A stretch of 63,897 nucleotides of DNA, filler included, from Reticulomyxa filosa (lineage: Eukaryota; Protista; Foraminifera): assembly GCA_000512085.1 (NCBI GenBank). It is 18 parts of 18 records of this genome, joined end to end, with 100 filler letters (N's around TTAATTAATTAA, not from the genome) between each part and the next. Parts side by side here need not be neighbours in the genome. Positions count along the whole stretch, not along the records: positions 36,224 to 47,256 come from ASPP01008414.1; positions 47,357 to 59,408 come from ASPP01009088.1; 16 more parts are not named here. One strand, written 5' to 3'. Each line of letters begins with the position of its first letter. Within the stretch, counting starts at the first letter, position 1. Made by a program: the position numbers and the translations under genes. This document shows, one piece after another, positions 39,801-51,900 of the stretch. The notes below the pieces were generated by a model. It was given only the letters and a program-made list of their open reading frames with translations, was not told the origin of the DNA and did not search any database.

Positions 39801-42488
39801 TCTTGACAATATTTTTGAAAAGCTAATTTGATTTTTTTGGGATTTGTCTGAATTTTTAATTCTGACAATTTAGATAAAATATTTTTCACGTGAATGTCAA
39901 TCCATTGTTCATTAAATGCTTCATACACTTGTGCTTTTGATATTTTACTGTCTGCTCCATATTGTTTTACCAATGATGGCAACACAGTTAAAATAAGTTG
40001 AAGAAGAAATGGTTCTTCTATCATTTTCAACAAGTTTGGATAATTATTCAGCGTTTCTTCATATTGCTGTGAGGACCAAATTTTCTCTTTATTTTTTTTG
40101 TTATTTTTGGATCTCGTAATTGCAAATTTTTCAATATAGCTGTGCATTTGTTGTTTTGTAAATGGCCATAAATACATCATCGATGTATCATTTTGATTTA
40201 CATCAATTAGAGCGGCATTAATATCATCGTCATGTAATACATTGCTTCGACAAGTAATAACAATTTTCGCATTCCATTGATTCAAATTAAAGCGATCATA
40301 AAAATACTGTACATTATCAAAAGTGCGATAAAAATCAAATATCTCATCAAATCCATCCATAATAAATACAAAGGATAATTTTTCACGAATTGTATCCATA
40401 ATTTCTTTGTTTATGTGCTTGCATTGTAATGCTTGCAAAATAATATCCTTTTCATTTTGTTTATTGTAAAGTTTTGATAATGAAATATAAATTGGAATAT
40501 CTTTTTTTAAGTCTGACAAATTAGTTGCTTCCCACAAAGCTTTTTCCAAATGACGGCAAAATATACTTTTCCCTGATCCTGATTTTCCTTGAATTATCAT
40601 TACTTTCCTCTTTTGTTCTTTTTCTTGTTTCTCTTCGCTTTGTTCTTGCAAAAATTCAAGCACGTGTTGATGACAGTCATATGTTTTTTCATTTGCACCA
40701 TCTTCACCATCCATGTGTGGATAATTGTTCGCTTGCAGTGGAATATATGTTTCAAGTGCTTGCGATATGGCAACATCTTCTTCTAATTCTTGTTTTCTTG
40801 ATTTTTGTAATAGTGCTAGAAAATCTGCATAACTTGCCAGATTCTTGTCTCCGATAATATACTTTTTATAATAGTCGTATAAAATTACATAAAGTGCTTT
40901 TCCCTTCATCCCCTCCGGAGTGAATTTGCAAAGTTGTTCATATGCAAATTGTGCCACTTTCAATGAGATGTTTTTTTTAATCTCTTCTTCTGTTCTATTT
41001 GACAGTTGTGGCGGTTTAAGTATCATGATATTCGAGTGAGTTTTATAACGCTCTGCAATTTTTTTACTTCCTTTTTCGTCAATCCATTCGCAAATGATAT
41101 CATTGATTTTAGTTAATGTTTTGTCGCTCGCTTGCTTTAATTTTTGTTCTTGTGTTGATGAAACATTTGGCTCCCATGCTCGAATTAATTCATAAAATAA
41201 ATGACTTAATTTTGGATTTTCAATGACAGTGTATCCTTCTAAAGTTGTAAAATTTTTTAATGTTGCTTGCATTTCAATATAAACATCATGTTTTGGAACA
41301 TATAATTTAATATTATGAAATCTGTGATGTGTTTTTGATTGTTTATCAAAAAAATCTTTATCTTCAGACACAATTAGATTAAATTGTTCTGCTTTTTTCA
41401 TTACTATTACCGCAGTTTGTAACGTTGTAGGATTATTACATAAAATGGTAAATCTTCCAATATCAAATACTTGATTATAGTTTCCCTTGTAATCACGTTC
41501 AATCTTTTCCAGTAATCTTGCCTTATCTTTTACTTTGGATGGTTTGACCACCGTGATGGAATACCTTTCTAATTCCTTCACTAAATTTACAATCTCCACA
41601 CTTGCCATTGCATTTTCACTGCGAGCAATTAAGTCTTCTAGACTTATAGCATGTTGTCTGATTTTGCTTGCTTTCAATTCATATGTTAATCCTGGCTTGA
41701 CTATATAAAAGCATTGGTAGTTATTACTTTTCACTGGTGCCGTGTCATCGTTTGCGCGAATTGAATGTTCCGAATTAAAAAACATTACCTTGACAATAGA
41801 CGTCACTGTTGGCTGCTTGCAATATGGACAGCAATAGGATGTCTTATCTGAAGTAAATGAAATATCAGCAAATCCAATATTCACCCATACCGGGAGGTTT
41901 GCTTTTGAAGCCAAGCAGCTCTGATTATATACGCAATAGCCCTGCAAATTAATCCCTGGATTAGTTTCTCCAATTTCTGCCTTTTCATCTTCTTTTTTCA
42001 ATGAACTGTCTGTTTTCTTTTTTTTTTTTTTTGTGCAAATATATGCTTGTAAACAGGGCCAAAAGTAAAGAAACAAAATTATAGCTGCAATTTATAGTAG
42101 CATTGTGAAACCTGATCATTTTGTTTGTTGTCTATGTCATTCTCTGGAATCTCAATCTTTTTTATTGTGTATTGATTATGAAAATCAATTGAAATAAAGT
42201 TAGTGTAAAAAATTTATTTTATACATTTTGATTTATCAATTTCGAAATAATCTTTTCAACCACCAGAGCTACGCTGCCATTATTTTCTTCTAATTGTTTC
42301 TCTAATTCGTCTTGATCAATGGTGCCGCTACATAATCTTTTTAGCATCTTCATTTCTGTTGCGTACTTTTCCTGTCCATTTTCGCTGTGCATTCCTCCTA
42401 CAAGCCTTTCCTTGTTAATATGACCAAATTCTTTCTTGTTATGTGCGAACACGTGGGTACTCTCTTTAGTCTTCTGACAAAACGTCAT
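36869..42488 (-). CDS. NLR-like STAND protein: Cys/Zn module - RelA/SpoT-like nucleotidyltransferase - NACHT - pentapeptide repeats - 16 WD40 repeats
   Basis: One ~5.1-kb exon (within ORF 36869-42076) plus probable short 5' exons (42219-42488). Walker A IQGKSGSGKS (~40565-40595), Walker B FVFIMDGFDE (~40345-40375), IVITCR, FLHKSCQEY, AAANAITIL with pentapeptide repeats (~39040-39250) and 16 WD40 repeats (~37040-39030). RSH-like motifs lie at ~41170-41560. Confidence 0.9.
37040..39030 (-). repeat. Tandem ~126-bp WD40 coding repeats (16 units)
   Basis: The unit LEGH....V..V.FSPDGSKIVSCS.DKTIRIWD recurs about every 42 aa and is recognisable at the DNA level (TCCCATATTCGAAT recurs). Confidence 0.95.
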
Positions 42489-42871
42489 TACAACTCATAT
42501 AATATCACTCACTAGCAAAAATGTGAATTCATTCAAAACTTGGATTGAGTTTGGAATTACTGAAGTTTTTTGCATGATATGCGTTCTATTATCCGTTATT
42601 TTTTTTAAAAAAAAGGGGAACACAGAAAAACTGCACGCTACAAGTACGACAACCTTTGCAAGATGTACGTTTTACTGTCAGCGTTCTACTTAGCAAATCC
42701 TTCATTTTAAAAAAATAACATCACATCATTCAACGATTAGCTTAATAGTGCAAAGAAAAAACATTTTTTAAAAGATTTAGAAAAGTGAATACTATATTTT
42801 GTGCGATGTTTGAAATTTGCAGAATGATTGTAGGAATATTCTATTCTTAAAAAACTATTGCTAAAAAACAA

Positions 42872-44712
42872 TTATAAATGATCTCCTTTTGGCTTTGTGT
42901 AATGATAAGGTTTATCGTCACCAGGACAAAAGGCATTAAAGACAGCAAATCCGTAGTTTTGGATATGTGCTGGAACAACAACATTTTTTCCCGATTTGAA
43001 AGTATTGCAAAAGCCTCCTCCGTCAATCATCAAGAAGTGGATGATGTCGACTAACATACTCCATCGAACTTGGAAATTTCGTCTGGACCAATCTTGCTCT
43101 CGTTGCGGTCTATCTGTCGTCCACACGATACTGTCATTTGGCAACTGCAATCCGAAATAATTGAACTGCGTATCCCAATATGTGTATCCAACCAAGGTGG
43201 GTTCGTCCAGACTACTCGCCCAGGGATCGCCCATGGCCGGCATCAATTCCACAATGAATGACCCATTTTGTCTCATCCATATTGCATCTTGCAAATGTGC
43301 ACCTATTTCATTAACGCAATATATTTGTATATATATATGTACATATATATACAAATATATGTACATATAAATGTATATACACATATATGTATGTATATAT
43401 ATGGTACCATGGATGCCAAAAACGAGATCAAAAATACGATGTTTGATGACGACATCTCTGGAATGAAGAAAGCCCTCCAATAAAATGGAGTCACAAGCGA
43501 TGAAGAAGGGATTGAGCATGGTGTTGCAATTGCGAAGGATATCATCCAAATTGGTCCAACGCCTCCGCACAATGCGTTGATAAAAGCCGATGACTCTCCA
43601 TTTTGGAACCTGGTTCAAGGGAACGACGACGGGGGAATGGGGACTCATCGATTTCAAAATCTGCGTCAATTGCGTTTGTTTGAATAACAGCGTATCACGT
43701 TGCAAGTAAATATCGACCGAGTCGATATATTGGTTCAGAGAGGAAATGACAATAGGATACAAGCCCAAGGACCCGAACGAGGGCAAGTCAATTGGGTGCA
43801 AGGGATGACGTGTGGTGTTATGGACAACATGCAACGTATCCCAAAAAAAAGCCACAAAAGAACATGCGCCGGAAACACTTGCAGCCAAATGGGGTTCAGT
43901 AAATCGGTGATATGTTGGACATGCCAGTGCGTAAACTTTTCCAAGAATAAGTGATGGAACGTAAACAACGGACTCTGATCTTGCATGACAATCCAAAATT
44001 GTACGTCCTTATCAAACGCAAGTGACGTGGGGCCATATTCAAAGTGGTAATAGAGGAATCTCATCACACGAATGAAAAACTCGCCCAGCATTGTCATGTA
44101 TTTCGCTTCGAGGATCATGTGGTTCACTATTGGGTGGTATGCACATTTGGCTTCGTTGTATTCGTCCTGAGTTCGCGACTGGTTCCACGGCTCTGCTTTG
44201 AAAAACTGTCGATATACGTCGTTCGACTTGCTTACGACTGACTCAACGTCCACCAACTGTCCTAACAAATCCCAATGCTGCATTTGCAATTCAAACGTCT
44301 CCGAATCGTTGCGCACGTAAAAGTGACCGTTGTGTACACAAATGTCGTTCCAGTACGGGCAGCTCTCCATTCCATTTACACGGCTCATTCGTTGTGGCTC
44401 CAATGTCAACCAATCCTTCGATGCATAGCCTTGGCTCGCTGTTTTCGACTCCTTTTTTTGTGCATGTTCATCACTTTCATGTGCACCCACTGCTTTTCCT
44501 GCTTGTGCTCGCTCCTGACTGTGCTTGTCTTCTTTGCTCAGAACAGAGGACGAAGGAAGGCCCACCACCTCTGATATTAATAACTTTGTTTGCAACAGAT
44601 TATCACTCAATATCCAACCCAACGCAAAAAAAATACAAATCAACATTAGCCAGAAGGCAGATAACAGCCCAGTTCTGTGTTGTCCATGCTCGCCAAGGAT
44701 AGTCAATTTCAT
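42872..44712 (-). CDS. Glycosyltransferase family 61 (DUF563-like) type II membrane protein; apparent frameshift near 43880
   Basis: N-terminal TM (AFWLMLICIFFALGWIL), a stem region and CPYWNDIC. The GT61-type motif DLVFGIHG|AHLQDAIWM....FIVELMP is restored across the intron at ~43304-43404. Confidence 0.7.
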
Positions 44713-45207
44713 TGAAAACACAACTTTTGACCCTTTTATCTTCGAGCATCTTTCAAGTCCCAAAAAATTTTTTGTTTCTTACTCTTTGCACCTAGTAAAT
44801 TTTTTTAACATCTTTGAATAGATTTATCCTTTGTTTTAATTTAAAATATAGTAGAAAGGATTTTGCCACCACATAGTCAATTATCATTTCAGTAAAAAAA
44901 TGAACCAAAACACATTGACTTTTCTTCGTCGGCTAGCGGAACAGGTTCTAAAATTCTGAGAATGCCCCTTTTCGACTAGTTTTCGCGCATTTGAATTCAG
45001 TTGTGTGTTGAACAGCTTTTATTTCCAATTCATTATTGAGGAATTTTGAGCTTTTTTTAGGTATTTTTATTTTATGTTGATTTTGGTCTCTTACATTTTT
45101 TTTGTCCCTTCTTTTTTTAAGAAAAAAAAAAAGCAAATTCTCATAGCGACAAAACAAGTTTTTTTTTTAAAAAAAAGTAAAGGACCAGAACCCAACACAG
45201 TACATAA

Positions 45208-45888
45208 ATGGCAGTAAGTGAAACAGCGACTCTAGAACAATTAAACTATGTAAACTACGTAATGCACGGATTTGTTCCAAGCCAAATGGCGTACCGAAAA
45301 GCCGCGACGATACAGCAAAGAAGTCCCAATAGCAGTGTATATGCAGCGACATCTCCTCACTCACGAATGGGAGGGATTGCAGGCATTCCTGGCGTGAACC
45401 CATCTCCTCGAGGGTACAACACAGCAGGGACATCACCAGTCCACGACGCGTACCCCGCTCTTTATACGACCAACGTGAACATTCCCCAAAGCAACGACGA
45501 AGACAGGCAAATGAGTATTGGATCGGACAAGCAAGCTTTGTATCCAAAGTTGCATCATAACGGCCACAACATTCACCACAAAAATAACAATAACAACTAT
45601 TATCGCAATGACGTATCACCCAAGAGTGGATCAAGCGGAATGAACACGATGACCCACTCACCCCCTGCGGGTACGTATAATGATGGATTTGCAGCCATGA
45701 AATTGACCGTTGAAAGTTCCAGAAAAGGCACTGCCTCACCCACTTCTCTTGTGTCGTCCCCTCCCGTCCATTCCGCTGCAAACTTACCTCATTTAGGATT
45801 CGACCATTGCATGACCATTATCATTGTCCCCCAAAGTCCGATCCCGGAAAACGTCAAACAAATCAATGCTGGCTTGCACTGGGATTAA
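45208..45888 (+). CDS. Hypothetical low-complexity Ser/Pro/Asn-rich protein or terminal exon
   Basis: 226-aa ORF with coding-like GC content, followed by a long U-rich 3'UTR-like region. Confidence 0.5.
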   Translation: MAVSETATLEQLNYVNYVMHGFVPSQMAYRKAATIQQRSPNSSVYAATSPHSRMGGIAGIPGVNPSPRGYNTAGTSPVHDAYPALYTTNVNIPQSNDEDRQMSIGSDKQALYPKLHHNGHNIHHKNNNNNYYRNDVSPKSGSSGMNTMTHSPPAGTYNDGFAAMKLTVESSRKGTASPTSLVSSPPVHSAANLPHLGFDHCMTIIIVPQSPIPENVKQINAGLHWD

Positions 45889-48049
45889 CATGATTTTTTA
45901 CAAACTTTTTTACTTCAAAAAAAAAAAAATGTATCTACTCATTGAGTTTTTGTTTGTTTTTTTTTTTTGTGTGTTTTGTTTGCGTTTTTCGTACATTTTG
46001 TCGTTTCCCTCGACAACTTGCATTCTTTTGGTCAAATGCCATCTGTACGTAAAAAAAAAAAAATTTTTTTATACGTTTTTTTTTTGTTGGGGTTTTTTTT
46101 TGGTATCTCAACAAAGTCTAACTTTTTTACACCTTTCACTTTTTTATGGTTGTGATGTTTGTTCAAGTCTTATTATCATTGTGGTTTTTTTTTTTTGTTT
46201 GTTTTGTTTTCAAATTTCGCCGTATTTTGTTTGTTTGTTTTCTTTTGTCTTTTTGTTTGTTTTAGTGTTGTATTTTGGTGCTTCTTATTTTGGTGTTTGT
46301 TTCTTACCTTTGGTGTGACCTTTGTTTTTGTCCTTGTGAGTGAATTAGAAGCAACGGAATTAAATGCAATTACAATAAACACGAAAGCACACAGAACAAA
46401 AAATCTATGTTCTTGAAATCACTCAAGGGCAACAAATGGTCACCCGTAATTTTTTTTTTTCCCATTACCGTCCTGTTCTTTTTTTTGTTTCGCCAATGGA
46501 GAGTACACTAACTCTATTGAATTTCTTTTTTGTTGTTCCTTTTTTTTTACCAGCGAAAGTGTGAGTTGTCTTGTTTTTCTATTTCTTTATTCCTTTACTT
46601 GTTTGCTGCGTTTTTACATTTTGTTAGTTGTTTTTTTTCTTTGTTTTTGGTTTAGTGATGCTTTTCATTTTTGTTTTTTTTGGAAAGATTTTTTTTTTGT
46701 TTGTTGTTTTTTGTGGCAGATGTGTATAAAAAACGTGGCAATTTTAAAACAAGAACACTCGCTTTGTTTTTTTTTTTGAGTGATGTTTCTCCTTTTTTTT
46801 TTCGCAATGCAAACGCGAATAAACTCCTTTGCCATTAGAGACATTTCAAATTTGGTTGGCCTGTCATTTGCGTTTCATTGAATTCTTGGCAAAAAGTTGA
46901 ACAATTTTAAGCCTTTTAAACTGTCCAGCAGCATAATTCAAGTAGTAAAAGCTGACAAATGAGTAGTATGCTTTCATTTTCAACTTTTTCTGGCCTAAAA
47001 GATATGCCATAACCGACAGTGTTTTAAGCCTGAACATTTATCTTTGACGATATTTGAACGTAATCCTTTCAAAAATAATTGATTTCTTTTTCTTAACAGT
47101 TACAAAAGAAAGGGTAGTTTTCAAAATTGAAAAGGGGAGACGATCACACAATTCGTTTTTTAAGGAAATTGCGCCCCAGTGTCTGTCCTCTATTTCAAAG
47201 CAATGTTTTCGTCAAAAAAACGCAAACTGAATGACCTGACCACGTATTGTTTCTCTNNNNNNNNNNNNNNNNNNNNNNNNNNNNNNNNNNNNNNNNNNNN
47301 TTAATTAATTAANNNNNNNNNNNNNNNNNNNNNNNNNNNNNNNNNNNNNNNNNNNNCCATAACATGACTCAATCTTTGTTTCTTGTTGTGCCAATTTGAT
47401 GAATATTCTATGTGCCTTGCAACGAGGGTCTTTGTTGCTGTACCATCATATTCAAATCCATTTGTACAACAGACACGCTCTTGATATCAAAGCTGGGACT
47501 CTTGTCAAGGAGGATACGAAGGGCGAGTAGTTAGTACGGCTTGCTGGAGGTGTGGTCGAACAAATTTGTTTGGGAGTAATTTGTGCAAGAATAGCTCTGT
47601 TCGACTTGTGCCGATATAACTAACTGTTGTTATCAACAGTACATGTGCTCTCGAAACCCAATCCATTCTATAGCAAGTGTTTCTTTGTCACACATATCTT
47701 TGACGGCACCCCACGCGAAATGTTTTTGGCGCACACGTAAATGCTTCCTCTGGATATACGTCGAATTGATAATATGCCCCCCTATCCAAATACGCGAACA
47801 ATTTCGGCTATTAGCTGAGTATGTATATCACAAAACAATGTATCTTAGTGACAACTTTTTATTTTGTTTTCGATTTGTATTTTTTTTAAATTTTTTTGAA
47901 TTGAAATGAACTGCAACACGAATGTGAGAATACGTGTAGTCCGGAACAATTATAATATATCAATATCTCACAAAGCATCCACCAATGTACATATTATAAC
48001 AACCGATCTCTTGCAACATCGACACTCTTTTTCTTGTTAAGGCCTTCAC

Positions 48050-50549
48050 ACTCGCATTCACGTATACTTTTTTTTCTTTGTCACCTATACGTAAAAATAA
48101 GTTATTATTTTATTGTTATAAAAAAAAAGTTAGTGAAACACACAATGATGTTATATATTTGTTTATTTACTTAACTTTTTATTAATATCAACAAAATATA
48201 ATAATTTTTGGAGACATTGCTTCAGCGTTTAATAAATAAAAAATATAAAACTTTCAATTTCTTTTTTTTATTCACTTTTTTTTCATTTATTATTTTCAAT
48301 CAATTTTTTTTTCATTTTTTCTTTTCTAATAATAATAATAATTTTTTCTAAATTCTTTTTTCATCCCTTTTTTATTTCTTTTTTTCACTTATTTTATATA
48401 TCCCCCTTTTTATCAATTTTCCCCCCTTCTATAATTTTTTTTAACAGCACTGGATCCTGGACATCTATATAAACACACAAATAAAATTATTTTTTAAATG
48501 TTTAAATAGGAACAAAAACATACGTACATATGGTGTGGAGTTTAATCTCCATTTCAAATTATTTTTCCTATGGTACAACACTCAAACTTTGTTTTTTTTT
48601 ATGTGTGGAGGGGACATAAAAAGAATAAACATATATTATTTTTTCTTGAGGGAATTCCTATTTATAACATACACACACAACTTTATTTTAACAAAAGAAA
48701 AGTGTAAATATAAATATAAACATAACATACCGTTATTCTTCCTTTCGGAAGCGGATTGGCCTTCGACCCCAAAATATTTTTTTTTTTTGTGTGAAGGGAT
48801 TGGGCAAAAATGTAACGTTGTTTGGAGGGCGGGGGACTCCTGTACACAATCATACAATAGATTAATATATTGTTATTTAAAAAAGATAAAACAAACCTTT
48901 TTTGCTCCTTTCGGAGACTGTGGTGGCTTCTACCCCTTGTTTTTCTTCATAACTGCTTGTGCACTGTTGTGAAAACACTCAAACATTGTTTCTATGTCAA
49001 AAAAGAAAAAAATAAATTAGAAAACTTTACCTTATTTTTGTGGTTGTTGCAATGCAGTTTGTGCAATATCAAACACTTGCTCCATTTTTTGTTGTCGTCG
49101 GCGTCCTTTGTCGTCATTGCCTAACTTTTTTTTAATAACACATACAATGCATACAATATGGTAAATGTTTTAATTATAAATTGTTTTTGTTATTTTTAAA
49201 AAATAATTATATACAAAAAAAAGTATGTACATATATTTGTTAAATATGTGTCGATTATTAAAAGACTTATTCGTACATAAATAATAAAAAAAAATCATTT
49301 GGACCTTATATGTCAATGTTGCGCAATCGTCATGTTGAGATGTCCTCTCTGTCCTTCGCTATGTGCGGGACATTGTGTGCAAGATGGAGCTAATACTCCA
49401 CAAGATTAATACACTAGGGTTCCATGCATAACATATCGACGCCAACTTAAGAAATAAATGCCATTGAGCAGTAATGATTGCACGTGCCATCGCCACTCCT
49501 CCAAACCTTGCAACTGCTCGTGGCATTAATTGCATTAAATTATTATTTTATCACTGATATGGGCGTTTCTCTTCGCATACGCGAATATGTTGGTCGCCCT
49601 CACACTCACCACCATACTTCAACCTGGATTTCCAATCGCCAAGCAAGAATTCTTGCTTATTGTCACAAGTCCAACAGTAACAACACGACGAATTAAGGCA
49701 ATTGATTGATCACAATCCCATCTCTTGTGCTTGCATTTGTATCGCCGTGGCTGTACATATTGCAATCGCGACCTTTGTTTGAGTATATCGTTATGCTGGG
49801 ACCCCCATTAATGCCATTGTCTATTTTATACATATTATTTTTATATATATATACGTGAAATTGAATTATACTATCATGATAATTCTTATCAAAGTTTTTT
49901 CCCACACTTCTATCACATATCACTATTATTTATTTATTTGACAGAAAGGTATATATAAAGTAACTGAAATAATCATACATATAATTTCTAGTGACACCTT
50001 CATTTTTTGTATTTATAAAACACAATATTTGATTCATATAAATTTTGGAGTGTATTGATATTTGCGATATGTTCGGTAGTTGTTGGCATGATAGTAATTG
50101 ATATGATAGCTGTTGATGTGATAATTGTTGGCATGACATATGTTGGAGTGATTGTGGTTGACTTGATTGTGGATAGTATTGTGGTGATATATATTCGATG
50201 TCGCCATTGTGCTTGACTTGTTGAGTGAGATGGCCAGAAGTAGAGCGCACTTCTACTTTGTTCACAAAGTAACACGAATTTTGAAATGAATGACTTAAGG
50301 TCATTTGGAAGCGAACATTGAAACAGCGTGGTCATATCTGCAACGCCAATCCTAAAGAACTCCGAACTTCGCCAGAAAAGAAAAAAAAAGAGTTTTTACA
50401 ACTAATCCAATGTCATACTTTCATATAACAGATATTTGTAATTTGCAATTTTGATTAACATATTTCATCAAAATAATTTGCTTTTAATCAATATATTTGA
50501 TTCAGACAACTTTTCAATACTTTTCACGTCAAACAGGGAAAAAAAGTTC
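48050..50549 (-). repeat. Left arm of a large inverted duplication (unknown repeat family)
   Basis: Reverse complement of 52807-55275. Both arms encode the ORF start MTTLFQCSLPND.KS.ISKFVLLCEQSRSALYFW (50000-50335 minus and 53021-53401 plus). Confidence 0.92.
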
Positions 50550-50692
50550 TAGACTAAAAAAAATCTTTTTTTTTAAGAAAGATCTATATGCTAGTGCTAT
50601 TCTCTTTAGTAAGAAAGAGTAGCATATACATAGTTCAATTTGGTCTTCTTGACGAAAGGAGTTTTTGTGCTATAAACAAAAGTGTGATATAT

Positions 50693-51900
50693 ATGTTTTT
50701 GTATGTATTTTGGTTAGTGCTACAATTGGGTTGGTACGATGTGGTTATTCCAACCCAATATCAAGTAGCATTTCAAGCAAACAAATAGCGTGTTTGCCCA
50801 CTTTAACATGGCACGTACTATGGTAACAGTGATGCCTCTTGCAAACCGGAAATTGGAATATGTCTATCTTTTAATCCTTATGCACTGAACATAAGCAATT
50901 GGGCCGTCTCCTATAAAAATTTGGGAGCAAAGTCAGCAGTGTTAGCAGCCAAGCATGGATGTGAATTTTGTGTTTGGCCAACGAATGTGACAATTCCATC
51001 GACAGGAAATATTTACAATTACTCAGTGACATTTTCATCATACCCCATACGACATAGTGCCATTGTTTGTTGATGAGATGAAGAAAAACAATTTGGGTTA
51101 TGGTTTTTATTACAGTTTGACGAACAATTTTTATTTAACGTGGATAATCACATGGTGCAAAATACAATATTATTGCCAGGACAAGTGCAAGTGACTCAAC
51201 AGCAATTCGAAGACATTGCAATGGAGCAATTGACCGAGTTATTCACATCATATGGAGAACTCACCGAGTTCTGGTTTTGATGGAGGCACTTCCGATCTTA
51301 TGCCAAGAGTCCAGCAATTGATCCAAAAATATCAGTCATCGGATGCTTTCCAGATGGAACTGGAAGTCCCAGTGCAATCCGTTTTTTTTTTGGAGTCAAA
51401 TAATGAAAAAAAAAGAGGGAGTACATTAACTTGTGCCTTTTTTTTTTAGGATGGTGTCCGGTTGGATGTGATAAACATTGCAAGAGAATGACGACTGGTT
51501 TTTGTAGCCAATGTCCTATTGAAACCTTGGATGAATTGATAACGATTTATCATGACACTGTTGGAAATAATGGCGTCTTGGAAATGGATTTTGCAATTGA
51601 CACCACTGGACAGTGTTCATCCTAATCAGGATGCACAGTATAAAGCACTTAGAGATACAATCCGAAACTGCTATTCCACGCCCATTGCATCAACCAATGC
51701 AATTCTCAATGGTACTGTTATATACCACGTTGCAATTGTGGTTGCCGCTTCATAGTTATGACGTGTTTGATCGGGCCATGGTTCAAGAAGATAATTCAAT
51801 ATGGCCAATGTGTTCGATATTTTTCTATTAAAGTTGATAGCCAATTGGACATCTGTTGGGCACAAAAAAATTTTGCTGTTTGAAAAGAATTTAACTGATA
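50693..51900 (+). pseudogene. Alpha-L-fucosidase (GH29) pseudogene in the spacer of the inverted duplication
   Basis: Across frameshifts: FAHFNMA, FNPYALNISNW, LGAKSAVLAAKHGCEFCVWPT, GYGFYYS, EQLTELFTSYGELTEFWFDGG, LITIYHDTVGNNGVLEMD, FDRAMVQED and TSVGHKKI. Confidence 0.85.

Noticed and set aside
28019-42488. Possible nucleotide-signalling island linking the GGDEF-EAL gene and the RelA/SpoT-NLR
   Set aside because: They lie on different contigs separated by several linkers, and the GGDEF-EAL contig is compositionally a different organism.
36869-44712. Functional coupling of the NLR with the neighbouring GT61 gene
   Set aside because: Same contig and strand, but no evidence beyond proximity in a gene-dense eukaryotic genome.
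45824-46800. Phe-rich or Lys-rich ORFs (45824-46318, 46159-46416, 46561-46779, 20636-21008)
   Set aside because: Translations of poly-T or poly-A non-coding tracts.
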